A stretch of DNA of 43,139 nt from Holophagaceae bacterium UBA692 (GTDB lineage Bacteria; Acidobacteriota; Holophagae; Holophagales; Holophagaceae), in NCBI GenBank assembly GCA_002297665.1, contig DBMS01000294.1, positions 15,934-59,072 on the forward strand. The letters are read 5' to 3'. The position numbers were made by a program, and so were the translations under genes. Shown piece after piece: positions 1-8,584 of the stretch (position 1 is its first letter; every line of letters begins with the position of its first letter). Under the pieces are notes generated by a model. The model had not been told where the DNA came from, ran no database searches, and saw nothing but the letters and a program-made list of their open reading frames with translations.

Positions 1-765
1 GGCAAGCGCATCCGGCCGATGCTGTGCATGCTGGCCGCCGAGGCCGTGGGCGCCCGGGCCGAGGCGGCCCTCCCCTGCGCCATGGCGCTGGAGTACATCC
101 ATACCTACTCGCTCATCCACGACGACCTGCCGGCCATGGACGACGACGACCTCCGGCGGGGCAAGCCCACCTGCCACGTGGCCTTCGGCGAAGGTCCGGC
201 CATCCTGGCGGGCGATGGCCTCCTCACCGAGGCCTTCACCGTCCTGGCCTCCGATGCGGACCTGCCTCCCTCCCGGCGCGTGGATGCCATCCGGGTGCTG
301 GGGGAGGCCGCGGGCTGGCGGGGCATGGTGGGCGGCCAGGCCCTGGACCTGGAGGGCGAGGCCCGCACCCGCGCCGCCGACCCCGTGAGCCTGGCCGAAC
401 TGAAGGTCATCCACCGGCTGAAGACCGGGGCCCTGCTCCGGGCTTCCCTGGAGCTGGGCGCCATCGCGGGCGCCGCCGCCCCGGAGGAACGGGCCGCGCT
501 GAGGGAGGCCGGCGAAGCCCTCGGGCTGGCCTTCCAGATCCAGGACGACATCCTCGACGCCACCTCCACCCAGGAAGCCATGGGGAAGCGGGTTGGCAAA
601 GACGAGGGCAAGGGTAAAATCACCTACCCCCTGCTGCTCGGGCTCGCTGGAGCCCGCAACGCCTTGCGGGAGGCCACAGAGCGTGCACTATGTCAGTTAC
701 GATCGCTTCCGAATCCGCATTCCCTGACGGCCTTGGCCACGTACTTGGCGGGGCGCAGCGCGTGA
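1..765 (+). CDS. ispA: Polyprenyl (farnesyl/geranylgeranyl) diphosphate synthase, 5'-truncated by window edge
   Basis: Frame is open from base 1 (GKRIRPM); LIHDDLPAMDDDDLRRGKPT and FQIQDDILD aspartate-rich motifs; lies directly upstream of dxs. Confidence 0.93.
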   Translation, partial: GKRIRPMLCMLAAEAVGARAEAALPCAMALEYIHTYSLIHDDLPAMDDDDLRRGKPTCHVAFGEGPAILAGDGLLTEAFTVLASDADLPPSRRVDAIRVLGEAAGWRGMVGGQALDLEGEARTRAADPVSLAELKVIHRLKTGALLRASLELGAIAGAAAPEERAALREAGEALGLAFQIQDDILDATSTQEAMGKRVGKDEGKGKITYPLLLGLAGARNALREATERALCQLRSLPNPHSLTALATYLAGRSA

Positions 766-2702
766 GCCGGCATCCCCTCCTCGATTCGGTCACGGCGCCC
801 CAGCAGATCCAGCACTTCTCCCTGATCCAGATGGAACAGCTGGCCCAGGAGCTGCGCCAGTTCCTCATCGATTCCATCAGCGTCACCGGCGGCCACTTCA
901 GCTCCAACCTGGGCACGGTGGAGCTCACCGTGGCCCTCATGCACCACTTCGACTTCCTCGTGGACCGCATCGTGTGGGACGTGGGCCACCAGGCCTACCC
1001 CTACAAGATCCTCACGGGCCGCAAGGACCGCTTCCCCACCCTGCGCAAGCACGGGGGGCTCTCGGGCTTCCTCAAGCGCGAGGAGAGCGTCTACGACCAC
1101 TTCGGCGCCGGGCACGCCAGCACCTCCATTTCCGCGGCCCTCGGCATGGCCCAGGCCCGGGACCTGCTGGGCCAGGACTTCTCCAGCATCGCCGTCATCG
1201 GCGACGGCTCCATGACCGCGGGCATGGCCTTCGAGGGCCTCAACCAGGCCGGGTTCCTGGAGACCCGGAAGTTCATGGTGATCCTCAACGACAACGACAT
1301 GAGCATCAACCCCAACGTCGGTTCGCTGCAGGGCTACCTGAACCAGATGATCAACGGCCAGTACTACAACCGCTGGCGGGACCGCATCGAGTACGCAATC
1401 AAGGCCATCCCCGTGGCCAGCGTCAGCCGGCGCCTGGCCAAGGTCGCCAAGTGGAGCGAGGAATCCTTCAAGCGCATCGCCGTGCCGGGCCTGCTCTTCG
1501 AGGACCTGGGCCTGAAGTACATCGGCCCGGTCAACGGCCACGACGTGGCGGCCCTCCTGCGGGGGCTGGGCGAGGCCAAGGAGCGCATGGCCGAGGGCCC
1601 CGTGCTCCTCCACGTGCAGACCAAGAAGGGCTTCGGCTACGACCCCGCCGTGAAGGACCCCCTCAAGTGGCACGGCGTCACCGCCTTCGACGCCGAGGCC
1701 GGGGAGATCCGCAAGGCCCCCGTGGACCCCGCCAGGCCGCCCACGCCCAGCTACACGAGCGTGTTCGGCACCACCCTCACGGACCTGGCGCGCAAGGACC
1801 CCAAGATCGTCGGCGTCACCGCCGCCATGCTGGACGGCACCGGCCTGAACATCTTCCAGAAGGCCCACCCGGCGCGCTGCTTCGACGTGGGCATCGCCGA
1901 GCAGCACGCCGTCACGTTCGGGGCGGGCCTGGCCTGCCAGGGGCTGCGGCCCGTGGTGGCCATCTATTCGACCTTCCTGCAGCGGGGCTTCGACCAGGTG
2001 CTCCACGACGTGTGCCTGCAGAACCTGCCCGTGACTTTCGCCATGGACCGCGGCGGCATCGTGGGGGCCGACGGCCCCACCCACCATGGGCTCTACGACC
2101 TGTCCTTCCTGCGGTGCATGCCCAACATCGTCATCATGGCCCCCAAGGACGAGAACGAGCTGCGCCAGATGCTGTTCACCGCCATCTACAGCAACCGCCC
2201 CGCGGCCCTGCGCTACCCCCGCGGCAACGCCCTGGGCGTGCCCCTCCAGGATCCCGTGGCCGCCCTTCCCATCGGCAAGGGCGAACTGCTCCGGGAGGGA
2301 ACCGACCTCCTCCTGGTGGCCCTGGGCACCCTGGTGGCCCCCGCCGAGGCCCTGGCCCAGCGCCTGGAGGCCGAGGGCGTCTCCTGCGCGGTCATCAACG
2401 CGCGCTTCGTCAAGCCCCTGGACGCGGACCTCATCAGCCGGTGGAGCCGCGGCGTCCGCGGCGTGGTGGCCCTGGAGGAAGGCTGCGCCCCGGGCGGCTT
2501 CACGGCGGCCGTGGCCGAGCTTCTGGCGGACCAGGGCATCCTGCGGCCCCTGCTCCGGTGCGCGGTGCCCGATCACATCGTCCATCACGGGGACCAGGCT
2601 CGGCTCCTGGACGAGGAAGGGCTGAGCCCCCGGGCGCTTTATGAAAGAATTGTTGAATTCCACCGGACCCTTCCGCGCGCCACCACCCAGCCCACAAATT
2701 AA
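762..2702 (+). CDS. dxs: 1-deoxy-D-xylulose-5-phosphate synthase
   Basis: GGHFSSNLG, WDVGHQAYPYKILTGR, GDGSMTAGMAFEGLN, FDVGIAEQHAV, GADGPTHHG motifs; GTG at 762 overlaps the ispA TGA. Confidence 0.97.
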   Translation: MSRHPLLDSVTAPQQIQHFSLIQMEQLAQELRQFLIDSISVTGGHFSSNLGTVELTVALMHHFDFLVDRIVWDVGHQAYPYKILTGRKDRFPTLRKHGGLSGFLKREESVYDHFGAGHASTSISAALGMAQARDLLGQDFSSIAVIGDGSMTAGMAFEGLNQAGFLETRKFMVILNDNDMSINPNVGSLQGYLNQMINGQYYNRWRDRIEYAIKAIPVASVSRRLAKVAKWSEESFKRIAVPGLLFEDLGLKYIGPVNGHDVAALLRGLGEAKERMAEGPVLLHVQTKKGFGYDPAVKDPLKWHGVTAFDAEAGEIRKAPVDPARPPTPSYTSVFGTTLTDLARKDPKIVGVTAAMLDGTGLNIFQKAHPARCFDVGIAEQHAVTFGAGLACQGLRPVVAIYSTFLQRGFDQVLHDVCLQNLPVTFAMDRGGIVGADGPTHHGLYDLSFLRCMPNIVIMAPKDENELRQMLFTAIYSNRPAALRYPRGNALGVPLQDPVAALPIGKGELLREGTDLLLVALGTLVAPAEALAQRLEAEGVSCAVINARFVKPLDADLISRWSRGVRGVVALEEGCAPGGFTAAVAELLADQGILRPLLRCAVPDHIVHHGDQARLLDEEGLSPRALYERIVEFHRTLPRATTQPTN

Positions 2703-2717
2703 TAACGCCTGATTTCT

Positions 2718-2746
2718 TGCCCGAGGCCGGGGCCTTGACTATGGTT
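2718..2746 (+). promoter_or_regulatory. Possible sigma70 promoter TTGCCC-N17-TATGGT
   Basis: Spacing of 17; located in the intergenic region ahead of the 2776 ORF. Confidence 0.3.
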
Positions 2747-2775
2747 GATACAGCCAACCCCAGCCAGAGGTCTCG

Positions 2776-3657
2776 TTGAACCCAGCCAGCGTCCTGACCG
2801 CAGCTTTCGTCCTCCTTCTCGCGGCCGCTCCCGCCGCAGGACAGGGATGGGACCCCGTGAAGAGCGCCTCGGGCTGGGCCGCTTTCGACCGGGACGGCTC
2901 CTGCGTGTTCCACGACCCGGAGGCCCGGGCGCTGCGGGTGTGGTCCCGGGAGACGGGCACCACGGACCTGCTGCCCGTGGCCAAGCTGGACGGCCCCCCG
3001 GAGAAGTGGGTCCTGGATCCCTCCGGCGACGCCTGGGTGGTGACCTCCACGACGCTGGAGCGGCTCGAGAAGACGGGCAAGGTCGGCACCTCCCATTCCC
3101 TGCCCGCGGAGGTGGCCGATCTGGCCTGGGACGCCCGCAGCTTCGTGCTGTGCTACCGCACCCGGGAACCCTACCTGGAGCGCCGGGACCTGAAGGGGGG
3201 CTCGGTCATGTGGACCTACGGCGTCAAGCCGTCCAAGGGGGGCCTCGCCGCCCAGGTGCGCCACCGCATCGCCATCCGGGAGGACGGCAAGGTCCTGCTG
3301 GCCTCCGGAGAAAGCCTCCGGCTGGACGTCATCGACATCGAGAAGGGCACCCTCGCCGGCACCGAGGACTTCGCCCTGAAGGGCAAGCCCTTGCCCCTCC
3401 TGGCCCTGGCCGACGGGGACCGGGGCGGCCTGGCCTGGTGGATGAACAACAACGTCGCCCTCATGGCCGTGCCCGCCTACCAGCTGGGACCCGGCGAAGC
3501 CAAGGGCCTCATGCTCGCCAGGCTGGACCTGGGAACCCATGAGCTGCGCTTCCTTCCCACCGGCGCCGACGAGAAGGCCGTCCTCGTGGGCATCCTGGAA
3601 TCCAGCGCCGTCCTGCGCGGTCCGGCCGGGGGGCTCACCTTCGTGCCGATACCTTAG
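2776..3657 (+). CDS. Secreted hypothetical protein, probably beta-propeller-like
   Basis: Signal-peptide-like N-terminus (LLLAAAPAAG); short beta-strand repeats with W/D residues; GC3-rich codon usage. Confidence 0.7.
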   Translation: MNPASVLTAAFVLLLAAAPAAGQGWDPVKSASGWAAFDRDGSCVFHDPEARALRVWSRETGTTDLLPVAKLDGPPEKWVLDPSGDAWVVTSTTLERLEKTGKVGTSHSLPAEVADLAWDARSFVLCYRTREPYLERRDLKGGSVMWTYGVKPSKGGLAAQVRHRIAIREDGKVLLASGESLRLDVIDIEKGTLAGTEDFALKGKPLPLLALADGDRGGLAWWMNNNVALMAVPAYQLGPGEAKGLMLARLDLGTHELRFLPTGADEKAVLVGILESSAVLRGPAGGLTFVPIP

Positions 3658-3867
3658 AGGGTGTCTGCAAAAAGGAGGGCCCCGCGATGATGGCACCGGC
3701 CATGGCAGGACAAGGCCCGCGAGGAGAGCGATTCGGGTAATCGATCGACGAGTGGAACGCTGGACTGCCGTGGCCGCTGATCTTGTCATCACATAGGTCC
3801 ACTTGATGTGGACCTATGTCGTGACAAGATCCCGAAGGGCGGCGCCCTCCTTTTTGCAGACACCCTC
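3657..3867. mobile_element. MITE-like non-autonomous element, 211 bp, 24-bp perfect TIRs, TTA target duplication
   Basis: GAGGGTGTCTGCAAAAAGGAGGGC (3657-3680) is the exact reverse complement of 3844-3867; TTA at 3654-3656 and at 3868-3870; no transposase inside. Confidence 0.8.
3779..3831. repeat. Long internal hairpin (10-bp plus 12-bp stems, 5-nt loop) within the MITE
   Basis: GATCTTGTCA-TC-ACATAGGTCCAC-TTGAT-GTGGACCTATGT-CG-TGACAAGATC. Confidence 0.85.
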
Positions 3868-4359
3868 TTATGCCGGGCTCAGCACCTGGCGCAGGTCGGA
3901 CATGAGGCGCTCGAGCAGGTCCTCGGTGAGGCTGAGGGGCACCTGCTGCTTCACCTCGTCGCGCCGGGAGAAGGCGATGCGCTTGACCTCCACCTTGTCC
4001 CGGCCGATGGAGATCTCGTTGAAGCGGATCTGCGCCTCGTCCTTGTAGGGGGGGAGGCTGCGCAGCTGGATGTACATGCCTCGGCGGTCGTGGTCCACGA
4101 TCTCCAGATGCTCGTCCAGGTACGTGAGCTGGCGGCTCAGCACCTCGGCCCGGGATTTCAGCTTGGCCCAGGTCTGCTTTTTCGCGGCCAGGCGCTCGAG
4201 GGTGATGTGGCCCAGTTCCACGCCTTCCCGGGTCCGCCGCAGGGCCCCGCTCACCTCGCCCTCGCTTCCGGCGTCCCCGTGGCTGAAGAGCTCGAACCCG
4301 ACGAAGTCCCCGGGCAGGACGGTGTCATCGTAGCGCTTGGCTTTCCGGGAGCGTTTCAT
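3868..4359 (-). CDS. Hypothetical protein (163 aa)
   Basis: ATG-started ORF with natural composition (LTYLDEHL...IQLRSLPP); no family recognised. Confidence 0.7.
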   Translation of the reverse strand: MKRSRKAKRYDDTVLPGDFVGFELFSHGDAGSEGEVSGALRRTREGVELGHITLERLAAKKQTWAKLKSRAEVLSRQLTYLDEHLEIVDHDRRGMYIQLRSLPPYKDEAQIRFNEISIGRDKVEVKRIAFSRRDEVKQQVPLSLTEDLLERLMSDLRQVLSPA

Positions 4360-4490
4360 GTTGGCGGCCTGGCGGGGAGCGACGCATGCCCGCGCCCGGA
4401 GGGGCGGATGGCTGCATTCAGCCTGGTGATGGAACGAACGACGTTTTACCTGCCGAGAGGATACGGCAATTCCGTCCCAGGTTCATTGAT

Positions 4491-5465
4491 TTAATCTACT
4501 TTCGGCCACCGGTTCTTGTAGATCATCCGTTCCATGGAACGGGAGAAGGGCGTCCAGGAACCCTCGCCCGCGTCGTCCCTCATGCCCCGGAACATGGCCT
4601 CCAGCTTGCCGTCCAGGTCGTCGAGGTAATGCACCAGGAGGGCCTCCGGCGTCTTGGGCACCACCGGGGAGCCATACTCCAACCTGCCGTGGTGGCTCAG
4701 GACGATGTGCAGCAGGTGCAGGCGCAGCTCCTCGGGGAAGTCCGGGATCGCCCCGGCGGCGCGGCTGATCCACTCCGCCTCCATGGAGATGTGGCCCAGC
4801 AGGTTGCCGGCGTCGGAGTATCCGAAGCTGCGCTGGTAGGTGAGCTCCGCGGTCTTGCCCAGGTCGTGGAGGAGAACGCCGGCCAGAACCAGGTCGGCGT
4901 TCAGGTCGGGGTAGTGGGCGCAGGCCTTGGCGGCCATGCCCGCCACCGACAGGGTGTGCTCGATGAGCCCGCCCAGGCACACGTGGTGCATGCTCTTGGC
5001 GGCGGGGGCCCTGCGGAAGGCCTCGCGCCGGACGGGGTCGTCGATGAAGAGCGCCTCCAGCAGCCGGCGGATCCAGGGGTCCTTCACCCCGGCCACGAGC
5101 CCATCCAGCTCCCGGGCCATTTCCTCGGGGTCCCGCCGGCTCACCGGGAAGAACCGGGCCAGGTCCCCCACCTCCTCGTCCCGGGCGAAGCGCAGTTTGT
5201 CCAGGCGGATCTGGGTGCGGCCGTTGTAGTTGGAGATCTGGCCCTTCACCTTGAGGAAGGCGTCGGGCACCACCCGGTCCAGGTCCCCCTCCACGGCCCG
5301 CAGATCCCACAGGAACCCCTTGAGGTCCCCGGAGGCGTCCGAGAGGCGGAGTTCGAGGTACTCCGAGCCCTTTGCGCTGGTCTTGAAGGCCACTTCCTGG
5401 GCCAGGAGGAAGCCGTTGAAGACGTCGCCCTCCTTGAGGGAACGGAGGGCTGCCGGCTCTGTCAT
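4491..5465 (-). CDS. yhaM: YhaM/Cbf1-family 3'-5' exoribonuclease (OB-fold plus HD domain)
   Basis: N-terminal OB fold (YLELRLSDASG); PAAKSMHH, GGLIEHTL, LLHDLGK, SHHG, PKTPEA, LDDLDGK motifs. Confidence 0.85.
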   Translation of the reverse strand: MTEPAALRSLKEGDVFNGFLLAQEVAFKTSAKGSEYLELRLSDASGDLKGFLWDLRAVEGDLDRVVPDAFLKVKGQISNYNGRTQIRLDKLRFARDEEVGDLARFFPVSRRDPEEMARELDGLVAGVKDPWIRRLLEALFIDDPVRREAFRRAPAAKSMHHVCLGGLIEHTLSVAGMAAKACAHYPDLNADLVLAGVLLHDLGKTAELTYQRSFGYSDAGNLLGHISMEAEWISRAAGAIPDFPEELRLHLLHIVLSHHGRLEYGSPVVPKTPEALLVHYLDDLDGKLEAMFRGMRDDAGEGSWTPFSRSMERMIYKNRWPKVD

Positions 5466-5474
5466 GACTTGATC

Positions 5475-5801
5475 CTAATGAAATGTCGGGGTCTTGGGCC
5501 GCGGGGCCAAGGGGTCGGCCATCTGGGGGTCGTCGGTGGGCGCCCAGCGTTCCTCCAGCACCTCGATGTAGGTCCACTGGTCGCCCCGGGGCACGTTGCC
5601 TTCGGGGACGTTCAGGACCCGGGCGCGGATGAGGCGGTTGTACAGCGGGAACTCCAGCTCCACCCCGGCCTTCACTTCAAAGCTGGCCTTGCGGGGCGTT
5701 CCGTCCACCCGCACCATGCCCTCCTCGCAGAGCTCCCGGGCCAGTTCCCGGCGCTTGACGAGGTGGGTCTTCTTCAGGAACAGGTCCAGGCGCACGTTCA
5801 C
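5475..5801 (-). CDS. S4-domain RNA-binding protein (Hsp15/RqcP-YabO-like)
   Basis: RLDLFLKKTHLVKRRELARELCEEGMVRVDG...KASFEVKAG S4 signature; GTG start overlaps the upstream TGA. Confidence 0.85.
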   Translation of the reverse strand: MNVRLDLFLKKTHLVKRRELARELCEEGMVRVDGTPRKASFEVKAGVELEFPLYNRLIRARVLNVPEGNVPRGDQWTYIEVLEERWAPTDDPQMADPLAPRPKTPTFH

Positions 5802-6778
5802 CCCTTGATGATCTCGTCCTTCAGCACCATGTATCGGACGTTGGCGCGAATGCGCAAGCCGGACAGGTAGTTTTCGATGGCGTTCTGGGCCTTGGGCTCC
5901 TGCAGCTTCTCCAGGATCTTCTCCTTGACCTCGGCGAACGGCCGGGTGGTGTCCAGCTGGGCCTCGATGAGCTGGACCAGGTAGACGTTCTTGTCCGTCT
6001 CCAGGGGCGCCGAGACCTCCTCCGGCTTCAGGGCCAGGGAAGCGGTTTCGATGTTGGCGTGGAGGATGCCCTTGGGCAGCCACCCCAGGTCGCCGCCTGT
6101 GCTGCGGCTGGTGCTGGTGGAGTATTCCTTCACCAGCGCCTCGAAGGGGGTGCCCTTGGCCAGCGCATCCTGGATCTTGGCGATCACGGCCTTGGTGGCC
6201 GCCTGGTCCTCGGGCGTGACGCCCTTGGCCAGGACCAGCTCCCGGATGCGGAAGCGGGGGGGCTGGCGGTAGTCCTCCTTGTGGTCCAGGTAGTAGGCCC
6301 GCAGTTCCTGCTCCTCGATGGCGATCTTGGAGTACACCTCGCGCCGGAGCACCTCCTGCTTCTGCATGTCCGTGCGGGTGCGCGCCATGTAGGCCTGGAG
6401 GCCGATGCCCAGCGAGCCCTTGAGGGCCCGCTCGAAATCGGCGTCGGTGGCGAAGTTGTTCTGCTTCTTGATGTCCTCGATGTAGTTCCGGATGTCCTCG
6501 TCCCGGAGCTTGATGCCCAGGTCTTCGGCCTTGTCCTGGATGATGAAGTTGTCCACGAGGCCCTGGAGGGTCTTCTCCCGGGCGTCCTTGAGCTTCTCGT
6601 CCAGGACCTTGCCGGAGAACTGGCGGTAGAGGGACGCAGTCTCCTGTTCCACCGCCTGCTGATACGCCCTGCGGGAAATGGTGTGGCCATTGACCACCAC
6701 CAGGATCTCCTCCCGGACCTCCGGCGCGCCCATGAGGATGCAGGGGAGGCAGAGGAGCGCGAACCCGCGGATGCTCAT
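5798..6778 (-). CDS. SurA-like peptidyl-prolyl cis-trans isomerase
   Basis: Signal peptide, SurA N-domain (ILVVVNGHTIS), parvulin domain (FEALVKEYS..GGDLGW). Confidence 0.85.
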   Translation of the reverse strand: MSIRGFALLCLPCILMGAPEVREEILVVVNGHTISRRAYQQAVEQETASLYRQFSGKVLDEKLKDAREKTLQGLVDNFIIQDKAEDLGIKLRDEDIRNYIEDIKKQNNFATDADFERALKGSLGIGLQAYMARTRTDMQKQEVLRREVYSKIAIEEQELRAYYLDHKEDYRQPPRFRIRELVLAKGVTPEDQAATKAVIAKIQDALAKGTPFEALVKEYSTSTSRSTGGDLGWLPKGILHANIETASLALKPEEVSAPLETDKNVYLVQLIEAQLDTTRPFAEVKEKILEKLQEPKAQNAIENYLSGLRIRANVRYMVLKDEIIKG

Positions 6779-7725
6779 TTGGCTCCCTTCCTGGCCTTGG
6801 CCACCGGCGCCGCCGCGCCTTCCGTGAAGGCGACCTCCTTGCGGGCCGCGTCCATGTATTCGTTCATGACCTTTTCCTGCCGGTCGGTGGTCGCCTGCTG
6901 CTTGGCGGATTCCTTGGCGGCCTCGAAGGTCTGGGGAACGGCGGGGGTGATCTTGTCGACCTTGATGAGGTGGTAGCCGTGCATGGACTTCACGGGCTCG
7001 CCCACTTCGCCCACCTTCTGGTCGCGCACGGCCTTGTCGAACTCGGGCACGAAGCGGCCGAAGGGCATGTTGTCGTAGAGGCCGCCCTTGTCCTTGCTGC
7101 CGGGGTCGTCGGAATAGGTCTTGGCCAGTTCCTCGAAGGACTTGCCGGCCTTGAGGGCGTCCTGGACCTCCTTGATGCGGGCCTTGGCCTCATCGTCCGT
7201 GCGGGCCTTCTCGGCGCCCTGGGCCCGGGTGCTCACCAGGATGTGGCGGGCGCTGAAGCTTTCGGGGGTCATGAACTTCTCGGGATGCTGGTCGAAGAAC
7301 GCCTTCACGTCCTCGTCCTTGACGGCCGACTTGTCCTTGAGCGCGGCGCCGTCGCGGTCGAACAGCGACTGGATGAGAACCTGCATCTCCATGAGCTGCA
7401 TCTTCTTGGCGAAGTCCGGGCCCTTGGCGATGCCCTCCTTGCGGGCCTTGGCGGCCAGGATCTTGTAGTCCAGGAAGCGCTTGAGGTACTGCTCCCGGGC
7501 GCCCGGCATCATCATGACCTGGGCGCGCTGCTGCTCGGGCAGGGACACGGACAGGAAGAGCTCGAAGTCCGACTCCCGGACCACGGAGGTGCCCAGGGTC
7601 GCGAGGACCTTGTCCTCCTTGGCCGGGGCCGGGGCGGCGGGAGCCTTGGCGGCGGGAGCCTTGCTGGCGGGAGCCTGGGCGGCGAGGACGAGGGAGAAGG
7701 TGGTGCAAACGAGGCTGCGGAGCAT
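6775..7725 (-). CDS. PpiC/PrsA-type peptidyl-prolyl isomerase
   Basis: SARHILV, FEELAKTYSDDPGSKDKGG, FVPEFDKAV, GYHLIKV; AAAGGA RBS before ATG 7725. Confidence 0.88.
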   Translation of the reverse strand: MLRSLVCTTFSLVLAAQAPASKAPAAKAPAAPAPAKEDKVLATLGTSVVRESDFELFLSVSLPEQQRAQVMMMPGAREQYLKRFLDYKILAAKARKEGIAKGPDFAKKMQLMEMQVLIQSLFDRDGAALKDKSAVKDEDVKAFFDQHPEKFMTPESFSARHILVSTRAQGAEKARTDDEAKARIKEVQDALKAGKSFEELAKTYSDDPGSKDKGGLYDNMPFGRFVPEFDKAVRDQKVGEVGEPVKSMHGYHLIKVDKITPAVPQTFEAAKESAKQQATTDRQEKVMNEYMDAARKEVAFTEGAAAPVAKARKGAK

Positions 7726-7742
7726 GGACATCCTTTGGGCGA

Positions 7743-8432
7743 TCAGTTCCGGCGGCCGCCAGAGAGCAGGCGGAGGAGGTTGAGGAAGATGTTCAGGAGG
7801 CTGATGAAGAGCGAAAGGGCGAATCCCGCCGCGTCGCCGTAGTCGCCTTCCCGCAGCATGCGGGAGGTGTCCCAGAGGATCTTGGCCGAGCACGCGATGA
7901 CGATCACCGCCGAAATGGCCAGGTGGAAGATCTCCATCTGGACGAAGAACCCGATGAGGATGGCCACCATGGCCACCACCAGGCCCACCGTGACGAAGCT
8001 GCCCAGGAAGCTGAAGTCCTTCTTGCTGAAGTGCGCCACGGCGCTCAGCACCAGGAAGTCCGCGGCCGTCATGCCCAGGGCCGCCAGGATGACGCCCGGG
8101 CCCGACTGCTGCATGGCCGCGAACATGGCCATGCCCGCGATGATGCCAGCCACGAACGTGAACGCGGCATAGGCGTACCGGTTCTGGGGCCGGGAACGGC
8201 TGACCTTCTGGGCCCAGAAGAACGTGCCGAAGTAGACGCCCAGGATGGGCCAGAAGAAGAACCGGCCCAGGGCCCCGATGAGGTAGTTGAGGACGAAGGG
8301 GGAAGCGAGAGCCCCCACCGCCGCCACCGCGAACCCACCCATCAGCCACAGATAGACGCTCCGGACGAACGCCGTGCGCTCCTCGGCGCGGGAGGCCCCG
8401 AAGATCGTCCTGCCTTCGTAGTTGTATTCCAT
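7743..8432 (-). CDS. Bax inhibitor-1/YccA family membrane protein
   Basis: About 7 TM helices; FVRSVYLWLMGG, KKDFSFLGSF, LWDTSRM, LFISLLNIFLNLLRLL. Confidence 0.88.
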   Translation of the reverse strand: MEYNYEGRTIFGASRAEERTAFVRSVYLWLMGGFAVAAVGALASPFVLNYLIGALGRFFFWPILGVYFGTFFWAQKVSRSRPQNRYAYAAFTFVAGIIAGMAMFAAMQQSGPGVILAALGMTAADFLVLSAVAHFSKKDFSFLGSFVTVGLVVAMVAILIGFFVQMEIFHLAISAVIVIACSAKILWDTSRMLREGDYGDAAGFALSLFISLLNIFLNLLRLLSGGRRN

Positions 8433-8584
8433 GCTTTCGACCCCTGAAAACCCCCAGCGGGGGGGACCTTCCATCGTATCACCTGCCCTTTCCGTTGCCT
8501 CCCCGAAGTCCGAAGACGCTCGTCGGTTCACAAGTTCAATGAGTGGCGACAAGGCCGGAAAGGTTCCCGGGGGATCGGCTGGTC

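Noticed and set aside
690-761. Upstream in-frame extensions given by the ORF track (dxs 690, PPIase 8349, BI-1 9398, moeA 11706, modE 9817, aor 26408, rplI 27869, rimO 38803)
   Set aside because: They overlap neighbouring genes; family-like sequence and RBSs point to the downstream starts used here
693-2663. Long antisense and alternate-frame ORFs (also 12680-15025, 17812-21129, 24375-26414, 28412-30709, 34019-35800, 36860-39883, 40851-43124)
   Set aside because: Shadow ORFs of high-GC3 genes; they overlap well-supported CDSs and show no motifs
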